NCBI GenBank assembly: GCA_044240265.1
Contig: JBIHZT010000001.1
Span: forward strand, 1 to 35,502
DNA length: 35,502 bases
Direction: 5' to 3'
From: Luteolibacter sp.
Lineage (GTDB): Bacteria; Verrucomicrobiota; Verrucomicrobiia; Verrucomicrobiales; Akkermansiaceae
Translations under genes and position numbers: made by a program
Part shown: in pieces, positions 1 to 8,600 of the stretch
How the letters are laid out: every line of letters begins with the position of its first letter
How positions within the stretch are numbered: position 1 is the first letter of the stretch
The notes under the pieces: generated by a model
Told to the model about the DNA's origin: nothing
Seen by the model: the letters and a program-made list of their open reading frames with translations, nothing else
Database searches by the model: none

Positions 1-280
1 TGTTCAAGATAGCCCATGCTTTCCGAGTCGGGCTTGCAGTGTGACTTCACCTGCCGCGGTCCCATCGCGGAATACCTTGATCGCGTGTGCGGGTTCACTG
101 AGGACGCATGGAAATTCCTACCACCCCCGTGTCATAACAATTTGAGAAGCCCACGGTTTCCTCCGGCGGATCTTGCTGCCGCCTGATTCGCTCATCTCCC
201 TGATCATTTCGCGGGGAGATTTCCCACCCCGTCCCTAACCTTGAGCAGGCAAAGCATCTCCGCAACCCCACCCTTACCCC

Positions 281-697
281 ATGAACCTGCTGATCCATTC
301 CTCCGGAATTTCACGCCAGTTCCACCCGTGCCAGCGCTGTCATGCGCCGACCCCGGTGGATGTCATCACCGAAATTCATTCGGAAAATGACCTCACCAAC
401 TTCATCTCCCTGCAACTCAATCGTGCGCGATGCCCGTCCTGCGGAGCAGAGGTGGAAGCCCCGGCGCGTGTCACCGTGAGGTTTCCAGATTTCGCGGCGT
501 TGAACCACGACTGCGTGCCCATGGTGTTGCTGGAGGATCCGGAGATGCTCGATGAGCTTCTCCACAACAGCCCGCCGGACTCGCGCAAGGTCTATTCGCT
601 CGATGAGCTGGAACGCTCCATCGCGGCCACCCTCTGTCTGGAGATGCGCCGCAAAAGCGGAACTCCACAAGATGCCGCTTTCTCCCCAGTTCGATAG
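281..697 (+). CDS. CpXC-like zinc-ribbon protein (138 aa)
   Basis: Two CxxC motifs (CQRC, CPSC) about 30 aa apart, matching the CpXC domain layout. A terminator-like hairpin follows. Confidence 0.6.
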   Translation: MNLLIHSSGISRQFHPCQRCHAPTPVDVITEIHSENDLTNFISLQLNRARCPSCGAEVEAPARVTVRFPDFAALNHDCVPMVLLEDPEMLDELLHNSPPDSRKVYSLDELERSIAATLCLEMRRKSGTPQDAAFSPVR

Positions 698-731
698 AAC
701 TCGCCTTATCCTGGCATTCACCATCCCCACC

Positions 732-767
732 AAGGCGGCTCCCTCATCGGAGCCGCCTTTTCCTTTT
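732..767 (+). terminator. Intrinsic terminator-like hairpin
   Basis: Perfect 11-bp stem AAGGCGGCTCC-ctcatc-GGAGCCGCCTT followed by TTCCTTTT. Confidence 0.65.
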
Positions 768-821
768 CCCCTGAAAACACAAACCAACATCAAAAATTCA
801 ACATTCAAAATCAATATCACC

Positions 822-1211
822 ATGCGTCACTTCACCACCATCCAGACCCAGATCCGCGATCTGGACGCCCTCAACGACGCCTGCGCCGAAATGGACCTCA
901 AGCTCGTCGCAAACGCCAACTGCCGGAGCTACGCCGGCGTCAACCGCCAAGCACCCCATGTTATCAAGCTCAAAGGCCCGTATGACATCGCCGTCGAACC
1001 CTCACCGGAGAACGACGCCACCTACGGCCTGACCACCGACTGGTGGGACGGCCATGTCGTCAAGGAAGTCGGAATCGGCTACGGCCGCTTGCTGCAATCC
1101 TATGGCATTCACAAAACCATCCGCGAAGCCCGTTCCCGCGGACTCCGCACCCACCGCAGGCAGGAAGCCGATGGCTCAATCCTGCTGACCATGGAAGGAG
1201 GCTCGCTGTGA
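822..1211 (+). CDS. DUF1257 / Ycf35-family protein (129 aa)
   Basis: Begins MRHFTTIQTQIRDLDAL (family pattern MSHF-x-x-I-x-T-x-I-x-D). Contains YDI, DWW, LLQSY and C-terminal DGSILL. Lies next to DUF2997 and a Ycf46-like AAA gene. ATG 822 is preferred over the ORF-track start at 552. Confidence 0.85.
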   Translation: MRHFTTIQTQIRDLDALNDACAEMDLKLVANANCRSYAGVNRQAPHVIKLKGPYDIAVEPSPENDATYGLTTDWWDGHVVKEVGIGYGRLLQSYGIHKTIREARSRGLRTHRRQEADGSILLTMEGGSL

Positions 1212-1414
1212 TCCGCCGCATCCATGTCCGCGTTTCTCCATTTGGGGAAATCACCGTCGAGGCCGAAGAATTCCAAGGCAAAGGCTGCGAAGCCGCGACC
1301 AAGGCCATCGTGGACGCTCTCGGAAAAACCCGGGAACGCTCCCGCAAACCCGACTTCTTGCGGCGATCCCAGCGCCACCAGAACCCACAACAACTCGGCG
1401 AAGCAGGCGCATAA
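1208..1414 (+). CDS. DUF2997-family protein (68 aa)
   Basis: Starts at a GTGA start/stop overlap with the DUF1257 gene. VSPFGEITVEAEEFQGKGCEAATKAI matches the G-x-V-x-x-E-x-x-G-x-x-G-x-x-C pattern loosely (one Gly is Glu). Confidence 0.8.
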   Translation: MIRRIHVRVSPFGEITVEAEEFQGKGCEAATKAIVDALGKTRERSRKPDFLRRSQRHQNPQQLGEAGA

Positions 1415-1419
1415 AAACC

Positions 1420-1662
1420 ATGAGCTAAACCCTTCGCTTCAACCCCGGCGGTCACATCGACTGCCTTTACACCGAAGCGATCGATCTTCGTGAGCTCGGG
1501 AGACTGCAAGTCTTCCGGGCCACGGACATCCGCTTCTGCGAACGCACCCAACTCTGGAAGGTCCGCTGCGCTTCATCCGGCAAGCTCCTCCACTGCGATT
1601 TCTCGCGCGAGGCCTGCCTCGCCTGGGAACGCGCCAACATGCAGGTAAAAGCTGAAAACTGA
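1420..1662 (+). pseudogene. Small Ycf46-module protein with a premature stop at codon 3
   Basis: ATG AGC TAA, then an open frame TLRFNPGGHIDCLYTEAIDLRELGRLQVFRATDIRF...SREACLAWERAN to TGA 1662. I recall the LY-x-E-x-IDL-x-x-LG-x-L-x-x-x-RA and R-x-x-x-L-x-WE pattern from small proteins in PVC DUF1257/DUF2997/AAA operons. The ORF track misses it. Confidence 0.65.
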
Positions 1663-1777
1663 AATGCTGAAAGCTGAGATTAGCCGGAGGAAAGCGACTC
1701 GTCGCCACACCTCCGGCTTTTTCGAGTTTCAGACCTTCGACCTTCAGACTCTTCCCCAGTAACAAATAACAAATAAC
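1647..1777. repeat. Short (about 7-bp) tandem repeats around a GC hairpin
   Basis: CTGAAA-type repeats (1647-1679), stem AGCCGGAGG/CCTCCGGCT (1682-1690/1710-1718) plus T-run, TTCAG-type repeats (1727-1753), and TAACAAA x2.5 (1760-1777). Confidence 0.6.
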
Positions 1778-1795
1778 CACCAACTCCCCAACCCC

Positions 1796-3313
1796 ATGCA
1801 AAACCAACTCACCACCTATCTGCTCGCCGGCTACCCCGGCCTCGCCGTCATCAGTTCCGAGGAAGCGCGCGCCGAAGCGAAAATCGCCACCGCCTGCACT
1901 TCCCTCAAACGCAAGCTCCATGCCTGGTCCTCCAGCGAGGGTCTGGTCGATACCGAGGATGGCCGGGTCACCGCCTGCCCCGATCCGCTCGAAGCCCTCC
2001 AGCTCCTCAACGGCATGTTCGCCGCCGACAGCCCGCGCCACGTGGTGTTGTTCCGCGACCTGCAACTCCACATGGACCAGAGCGACCCGATGCTGGTGCG
2101 CCGCATCAAGGACATCCTGCGTCTCGCCAAGGCCAACGGTCATTCCATCATCCTGCTGGGCTGCCGGCTCAAGCTCCCCCCGGAACTCGAACACGAAATC
2201 ACCCACGTCGATTTCAGCCTGCCCGATCCAGCGCGGCTCGGTGTCGTGTTCGATGGCATTCTCAAATCCGCCAAGCTAAAGGCCCCGCATGATGCGGTCC
2301 GGGAAGCCGCGTTGCAAAGCGCTCTCGTACTCACCACCGAAGCGGAAAACGCGTTCGCCTTGTCCGTCGTTGAAACCAAGGGCATCGACCACAAGGTCGT
2401 AGCCCGCGAAAAGGCCCGAACCTTGAAGAAGAACGGGCTTGTTGAAGTGGTGGAGGCGACCACCTCCCTCAACGACATCGGCGGACTCGGCCTGTTGAAG
2501 GAATGGCTGCAAGGCCGCTGTGGAGCCTTCGGCACATCCGCGAAAGCCTATGGTCTGCCAGCTCCCAAGGGCTTGCTCATCGTCGGCATTCCCGGCACCG
2601 GCAAATCGCTCACCGCGAAAGCCACCGCCGGTGCCTTCGGACTGCCCTTGCTGCGTCTCGACATGGGACGCGTCTTCGGCGGCATTGTCGGTCAGTCGGA
2701 AGCCAACCTGCGGTCCGTCATCCAAACCGCAGCGGCCATCGCGCCTTGTGTATTGTGGATCGACGAAATCGAAAAGGGTTTCTCCGGCTCACAAAGCAGC
2801 GGCTCCACCGACGGCGGCACGTCCTCCCGGGTGTTCGGAAGTTTCCTCTCCTGGATGCAGGAGAAGGACAAGCCCGTGTTCGTCGTGGCGACGGCGAATG
2901 ATGTTTCCAAGCTCCCACCGGAGTTTCTCCGCAAAGGACGCTTCGACGAATTGTTCTTCGTCGATCTACCCGACGCCTCGGAGCGCGCGCAAATCTGGGA
3001 CATCGTCATCAAACGCCACGGCCGCAAGCCCGCCGATTTTGATACCGTCGCCCTGGCCCGCGCCTGCGAGCATTTCACCGGGGCGGAGATCGAGGCCGTG
3101 TTCATCGACGCCCTGCACGAAGCGTATGCCGATAGCCGCGAACCCCGCGCCAAGGACATCCTGGACGCGATGACCCGCACCGTTCCGCTCGCCCAACTGA
3201 TGGACGGTCAGATTGCCGCGCTGAAGCATTGGACGAAAGGCCGTGCCCCCGAAGCCGCCAGCCGGGTCCAGCCCCCGCCGCGCAATGGCCGGCGGATCGC
3301 GGAGGCGAATTGA
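1796..3313 (+). CDS. ycf46: Ycf46-family AAA+ ATPase (505 aa)
   Basis: Degenerate N-terminal AAA domain (EEARA...). Active domain has Walker A GIPGTGKS, Walker B VLWIDEIEK, VVATAN, LPPEFLRKGRFDELFFVDLP and FTGAEIE. Lies with DUF1257 and DUF2997. Confidence 0.9.
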   Translation: MQNQLTTYLLAGYPGLAVISSEEARAEAKIATACTSLKRKLHAWSSSEGLVDTEDGRVTACPDPLEALQLLNGMFAADSPRHVVLFRDLQLHMDQSDPMLVRRIKDILRLAKANGHSIILLGCRLKLPPELEHEITHVDFSLPDPARLGVVFDGILKSAKLKAPHDAVREAALQSALVLTTEAENAFALSVVETKGIDHKVVAREKARTLKKNGLVEVVEATTSLNDIGGLGLLKEWLQGRCGAFGTSAKAYGLPAPKGLLIVGIPGTGKSLTAKATAGAFGLPLLRLDMGRVFGGIVGQSEANLRSVIQTAAAIAPCVLWIDEIEKGFSGSQSSGSTDGGTSSRVFGSFLSWMQEKDKPVFVVATANDVSKLPPEFLRKGRFDELFFVDLPDASERAQIWDIVIKRHGRKPADFDTVALARACEHFTGAEIEAVFIDALHEAYADSREPRAKDILDAMTRTVPLAQLMDGQIAALKHWTKGRAPEAASRVQPPPRNGRRIAEAN

Positions 3314-3371
3314 ACACCACCAGTCAAAAAGCATCGTCCTCCACTACGGGCCTGATGCCCGAGTCTGATTG

Positions 3372-3442
3372 GAACCGCCCTGTACGGAGCCGTAAGCAGG
3401 GCGGTGTGGGACCCGGGACCTAACTACTCCCCGGGCCCCGAT
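3372..3442 (+). mobile_element. Group IIC intron 3' remnant (domains V-VI)
   Basis: GAACCGCCCTGTACGGAGCCGTAAGCAGGGCGGT fits the short IIC domain V with CGC triad. It is followed by a domain VI-like stem (CCCGGG...CCCGGG) and ends ...CCCGAT. No RT ORF or 5' domains are seen. Confidence 0.8.
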
Positions 3443-3458
3443 TCGACTCCTCCGATCA

Positions 3459-3821
3459 TCACTTTCGAAATGGATTGCCAATCGCTCGCCAAATGACGAG
3501 CAACGTTATTGTGTGAAATACTGCGATTCCGAGATTACTGATCACCACAGGGTTGTGAAACGTTCCCACAGATACAGGTGTCGTAATCTTGTAGAGTATC
3601 TGCACCGACAAGAGTACTGCAACGGAGCTTGGATCGCGAAATGCGAGCAACAGAAAAGAGGCGATTAGGATGCTTAGATAAACTGAAAGAAGAATGCCAC
3701 GTGCAGGTGTCGCGACGCCATAGCTTGCCTGTGACCAGCTCGCATCCGTGATGAGACCAGCGCAGACGGGAATGAGCACGAAAATGTTTAAAAGCAACGA
3801 GAATACAATCAGCTTTTTCAT
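3459..3821 (-). CDS. Small integral membrane protein (about 4 TM, 120 aa), gene cassette 3
   Basis: Highly hydrophobic ORF starting MKKLIVFSLLL. An R'' stub (GTCGA) interrupted by the intron lies just after the stop. Confidence 0.75.
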   Translation of the reverse strand: MKKLIVFSLLLNIFVLIPVCAGLITDASWSQASYGVATPARGILLSVYLSILIASFLLLAFRDPSSVAVLLSVQILYKITTPVSVGTFHNPVVISNLGIAVFHTITLLVIWRAIGNPFRK

Positions 3822-3889
3822 ACGGCATGTTAAGTCATCTGGAGGATGGCGCTTGATGAAGACGAGAGAGATAGAGGATCCATTTCTTG

Positions 3890-3968
3890 GCCGAACGTCA
3901 AGGTGTGGAACGCGACTTTCTGGGCACGATTGAGGCTCATGGGCGTTGCCAACACCGCCTTGTTCGAA
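3890..3968 (-). other. attC recombination site (79 bp)
   Basis: Minus strand reads TTCGAAC-aaggc-GGTGTTGGCAACGC...GCGTTCCACACC-ttgac-GTTCGGC. It has R''/R' boxes, 5-nt spacers and imperfect L arms with extrahelical bases, and begins right after the stop at 3970. Confidence 0.8.
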
Positions 3969-3969
3969 T

Positions 3970-4485
3970 TTATTTTTTGTCTTTTATTTTCAACGGGGCA
4001 CTGGATACAGTGCCTGTCCAGTATCCGAATCTTCCATCATAGAAGTCTTTCGGTGAATAGGTGACGGTGATTTCTTCCAATGGAACTGCCATCTTAAACT
4101 CTATCTTCATAGCGGCGACTTCGCCGGAACGAATATCAACCAGCCTTAAATCCTCACGTGATGGAACCACAACGGCACCCCCATCAGCAAGTGTCGTTTT
4201 TTCCATATTGAGCTTCACCTCTTGCTTGGGATCTCCAGGAGATGTTTGTTGAGACAAGCTAGCGGTCACAACCGTGAGAGGCTTCTCTGAAATATTCTTT
4301 AGATAGACCACAAAAGAGTATCCGAAGCCATCCACTTCGCCCCAAGTCTTAGCGGCATTATCATATTTCTGAATCTTGACCGGACCTTTACCCATGAGAA
4401 CTGGTGTAGAAACTTGAATTTCTTGTGCCCACGCAGAGAAGAAGGGCAGCAAGGTTGTGGCTAAAAGGAGAATTGTGTGTTTCAT
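3970..4485 (-). CDS. Secreted hypothetical protein (171 aa), gene cassette 2
   Basis: Signal peptide MKHTILLLATTLLPFFSAWA. The ATG lies 5 nt after R' GTTCGAA. The longer ORF-track start (4590) runs through the attC. Confidence 0.75.
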   Translation of the reverse strand: MKHTILLLATTLLPFFSAWAQEIQVSTPVLMGKGPVKIQKYDNAAKTWGEVDGFGYSFVVYLKNISEKPLTVVTASLSQQTSPGDPKQEVKLNMEKTTLADGGAVVVPSREDLRLVDIRSGEVAAMKIEFKMAVPLEEITVTYSPKDFYDGRFGYWTGTVSSAPLKIKDKK

Positions 4486-4490
4486 ATTTT

Positions 4491-4587
4491 TTCGAACGTT
4501 TGATGTGCGCCCACCGGCGCGATTGAATGGAGAATGAATTGAAATTGAAAAGCTTATGGCCGGTTGGTGCGTCATGACTTGTTGTGC
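4491..4587 (-). other. attC recombination site (97 bp)
   Basis: Minus strand reads GCACAAC-aagtc-ATGACGCACCAACCGGC...GCCGGTGGGCGCACAT-caaac-GTTCGAA. Confidence 0.8.
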
Positions 4588-4613
4588 CATTTGGTTCTAT
4601 TGATGCTGCGAAC

Positions 4614-4943
4614 TCAAATGGCCGTCAATGCCTCTCCATAAAATCGCCCACAGATAAAGCTTACCAGAGTTGCCACAGCCGTTGCTGCACAGAAGAACCC
4701 AAAACCGCGAGACTTGCCAGCCTTCTCGTAAGGAAAAAATGCAAGCATCGTTGTAAGGACAAGCACGACGACTCCAATAATCAAAAGGGAGGTAGGATAA
4801 AGAATGATTGCCATGACTTGAATTGTTCCAAGATACGAGGCTAATCCGGCGATGAATCCCAGAATACTTGCAAGAAACAGAGTCGATACCCTGAGCATGG
4901 GGGATTTAGTGAGTTCTTCCATCGTTCTCTGCGGTCGATCCAT
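4614..4943 (-). CDS. Small membrane protein (about 3 TM, 109 aa), gene cassette 1
   Basis: Hydrophobic ORF. The ATG lies 5 nt after the GTTGTGC core site. Confidence 0.65.
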   Translation of the reverse strand: MDRPQRTMEELTKSPMLRVSTLFLASILGFIAGLASYLGTIQVMAIILYPTSLLIIGVVVLVLTTMLAFFPYEKAGKSRGFGFFCAATAVATLVSFICGRFYGEALTAI

Positions 4944-4948
4944 TTTCT

Positions 4949-4968
4949 GCACAACATTAGTATTGAAC
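4949..4968 (-). other. Putative attI site
   Basis: Minus strand reads GTTCAATA-CTAAT-GTTGTGC: a degenerate L box, 5-nt spacer and R core. No attC-type long inverted repeat is seen upstream, and it lies at the head of the array. Confidence 0.55.
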
Positions 4969-5664
4969 GACCTGTCGGGTTTTGGGGGTGATACACGACC
5001 GGTCGTTGAACAGGGTAAAAGGCGACCCAGAAAGGCAGACTTCGTCCAGCGACTCCTGATCGGTCGTCTTCATGCATGAGGCCTATCACAGTCACCTTTC
5101 TCCCGACAAGTCCGGAGATTTCTGATTCTCCCGTAACCGCCCACCCACGCGTTGCGAATCTTCCCCCAACAAACTCCCGGCCGCCCGACACGCCCTATGA
5201 GGTGAACGGTGACAAGGAACAGGCTGGGCTTCTTTTTTACACCAGCCGACTCGATGCCAGTGGACGGCTTGAGTCGAACCATCAGAAAATCATCGGTCAT
5301 CTCGGGATCACCATCTCGCCACCCGCGCCCAATCGCTGCGACCTCGACGCTTATGCGAGAAGCTCGGCAATCATCACGTCCTTCAAAAAAGGGATTACAC
5401 CGGCTGCCTCAATGCCTTGGATACGATGCTGGCCGCCGACGGGATCTCTTCTCCCGAGACGGAGTGTGTTCTTTTCCGTTGGGATTTTGGATAGATTTCA
5501 TTGCTGGCGGGCGGGCGGACCTTGACAATTTGCCGCAACATTGCCCGTCCGCGTTCCTCCCGGGAAGTGCCTTCCAGCCGGTCCGTTTGTGCAATCGCCG
5601 GGAATGCGAGGACCAACATCGCGATCCACCCCGCAGTTTTTATTAGAACCTGAGGTAAAAGCGG

Positions 5665-8600
5665 TCATTTCGTAACACGCAGCCGGCCGAAAAGCATTCG
5701 GCCGTCGCCAGCCTCTTCTTTCGGAATACTGACTGTCACCGTGTCGGTGACAGCGTCGCTCGGCGTGCCGGCACCGACGGTGACCGTGCCCGCGCCGACG
5801 CCGACGCTGCCGCTGGCGGTGGGGATGATGATGTCCGTCCAACCGGTCAGGTCGCTGCCGTATTGGAAAACCTGGATGGTTTCCGGCGCGAGCGAGTCGT
5901 CGCGGCGCTGGTAGGTGAACTCGAAGTGGCTGGCGGTGACGGTGAGTTTCGGCAGGATGGAGGTGTCCGAAATGGAGGGATTTCCGTTGAGGGCGAACTC
6001 GAGCAGGTTGTCCATGTCGTCGTTGTCCGGATCATCGGACGGATCCTGATCGGCGAGTGCGAGGCCGAAGTCGTCGATCCACGAGGCAAGGCCGGGGGAA
6101 GGGCCGGAAGAGACCCGTAACGTGCCGCCGCCGGTGAATCTGCCCGACGCGTGTGCGCTGTTATAATCGCCACTGGCCTGCTGGATGCCGTTGATGAAGA
6201 GCCTGTCCACGGTGTCGATGCCGGAGAACGCAAGGTTGAGCAAGGCCCCGGAGGCGATGGACACGGTGGAAGTCTCGTTGGAGAAATTGACCTGTCCGAG
6301 CGTGAGCGTGCCGGCGGAAACGGTGGTGTCGCCGGAGTAGGTGTTAGCCGCCGTTAGCGACTGGCTTCCTGAACCCGATTTGGCGATGGCGAGCTTGCGG
6401 ACGCCGTCCCGGATGACGCCGCCGAAGGTCTGGGTGCCAGAGCCGTTGAGGGTAAGCGTGGCGTCGGATGCGCCGTCGTTGGTGACGCTGGCGGCGTTGT
6501 GGGTGCTGGTCAGCAGGCCGGTGCTGTTGCTGAGGCCGTTGAGATCGAGTCTGCCGTATTGGCCGATGCTCACCGTTCCGCTGCCGAGGGCCGTGGTGCT
6601 GCCGGCCTTGAGGGGCAGAACCGTGATGCCGCTGCTCGGGCTGATGGTCAGGCCGCCGGTGAAGCTGTTGTTTCCGCCGAGGGAGAGCGAACCGCTGCCC
6701 GCGGCGCTGTTGTTGTAGTTGAAGTTCACTTTTCCATCGCCTGAAATCGGAGCGTTGAAGGTGACGGTGTCAGCGGAGGCATGGCGGAATTTCAGCTCCG
6801 CGCTGCCGCTGATCGCGACGCTGTGACCGAAGCCGTTCGATTCGCCGCCGGATGCTGCATTTCCGAACTGGACGGTTCCCGCCTGGACTTGAAGTGGACC
6901 GGTGTAGGTGTTGCCCGTGGCGCTGAGGATCAGCGTGCCGGAGCCGTTCTTGACGAGTGAGGTGGCTCCGCCCGATTCGTTGCCGAGATTGGAACTGATG
7001 CGGCCGCCGGCGGTCCCGGTGGTGACCGTCAGGCTGCGCGGTCCGCTGCCGGTGAAGGCGATGGTGCTGCCGCTGATCCAAAGCTGGCCGGTGGCGGAGC
7101 TGAGGTCGAAGCCCGCGCCAGCGGTGCCGATGGTGAAGCCGCGGGACCACGTGAGGGCTCCGCCAGTGTATTTGAGCGTGCCTCCGTTGATGACGAGGTT
7201 GGAGGCGCTGCCGGAAGCCGCGCCGATGCCGCTTGGGGTGCCGCCACTGGTGAGCAGGCCGGTGCTGAGGACGCCGCCATTGATGGTGGTGACTCCGGAC
7301 CATGTGTTGGTTCCGGTGAGAGCCAGGGTTCCATTTCCTTGTTTGCGAAGGCTGCCGATCATTCCGGAAAGCTCAGTTAGATCGCGGGAAATCGTGGTGC
7401 TGAAACCCTGGGTGTCGATGATGCCGCCGCCGGTGCCCAGTTGGACGGTCCCGGTGGACGCTCCTGCGAAAAGCTCGGGAATGTCGGCGGACAAGCGGAG
7501 CGCGGCCTCGCCGGAAAGCGTGAGTTGGCCGGTGCCGGTGCCCGTGCCCCCGCTGCCGAAAACGAAACCGCGTGATGTGGTGAACGTAGCTCCGCCGGTG
7601 ACAGCTAACAGGGCGTTGCCGCTGTTGTTGTCTGCGGGGTTGATCTGGATTTCCGTCGGCCCGTTGTAAGCGAACGAAGCGCCATTCGTCACTTCGAGCG
7701 AAGCGCTGTAGCCGCCGACGCCGAGCACGGTCATCGTGCCGTTCTGTTGCCACGATGAATTCTGTCCAACGGTGGCGAGGGAACCGCGCCCGACGCTGAG
7801 GCTGCCGTGGTTGGTGACGGTGGTGATAGAGTCCGGGGAACCCATCATTTGGAAAACCCTGCTGGTGGTGCCGCTGGCCGCCGTTTCGCCGATCATGATG
7901 CTGCCGCCGCTTCCGACGACGACGCTGGTGGGCGAGGATTGCGTGGCGGATCCGATGGAAAGCGAGGTGCCGGCGGCTCTTTGGTCGATGCTGCCGGTCG
8001 CGGCGCTCTGGTCGCCGAGTAAAACCAGCGGGCCGCCTGCCAAGCTGAGACCACCGCTGTAAGTGTTGGTTCCCGTAAGGGTGAGGGTGCCGGCACCGGT
8101 TTTGGTGAGACGGGCCGCGCCGCTGATGGCGGAGGAAACCGTGAGATCGCCATTACCGACATTCCATGACTGACTGGATGCTAGGGTTAGATTGGAAAGC
8201 GAGAAAATATTGTTACTGCCGGTGATGACGATGCCGCTTGCGCCGAGCGTCAGGTTGCCGCTTCCTGATAGATTCGTGCCACCGGCCATGGTGACGCCCT
8301 TCACCGCGTAGGGGCCGTCGAGCACGGGTTGGACGGTGGCGGCACCCAACACGGCGATGTCGGTGACCAGGTCGTTTGTTGGCGGCGATCCACCCCAATT
8401 CACGGCGGCGTTCCAACTGGTGCCGACGTTGGCCCAGACGCCCGGAATTTCGATGAGATGAACATGCTCGGCCAGTCCGTGCTGGGTGGTCACGCGGAGG
8501 GTGGTAGTGGTGCCGTTGGAGGAGACGATGCTGGTGCCCGCATCCGGATTATCCAGGGTCCACGCGCCGTTGATCGTGAAGTCGAGGGTGCGGGCGCGGC

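Larger units (their letters stand above)
3443..4968 (-). mobile_element. Integron cassette array without integrase (attI-like site plus 3 cassettes)
   Basis: Three co-oriented, visibly AT-richer ORFs, each followed by an attC or attC stub. In two cassettes the 5' heptamer is the exact complement of the cassette's own R''. Confidence 0.8.

Noticed and set aside
552-821. N-terminal extension of the DUF1257 ORF
   Set aside because: It overlaps the CpXC gene and a terminator. The family N-terminus starts at 822.
3832-3885. Short ORF MDPLSLSSSSSAILQMT right after the attC core (minus strand)
   Set aside because: Only 17 codons. It may be a truncated cassette start, but this cannot be supported further.
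4970-5660. Integron integrase expected next to the attI-like site; ORFs 5076-5525 and 5209-5646
   Set aside because: No tyrosine-recombinase R/HxxR/Y motifs were recognised and the translations look non-coding.
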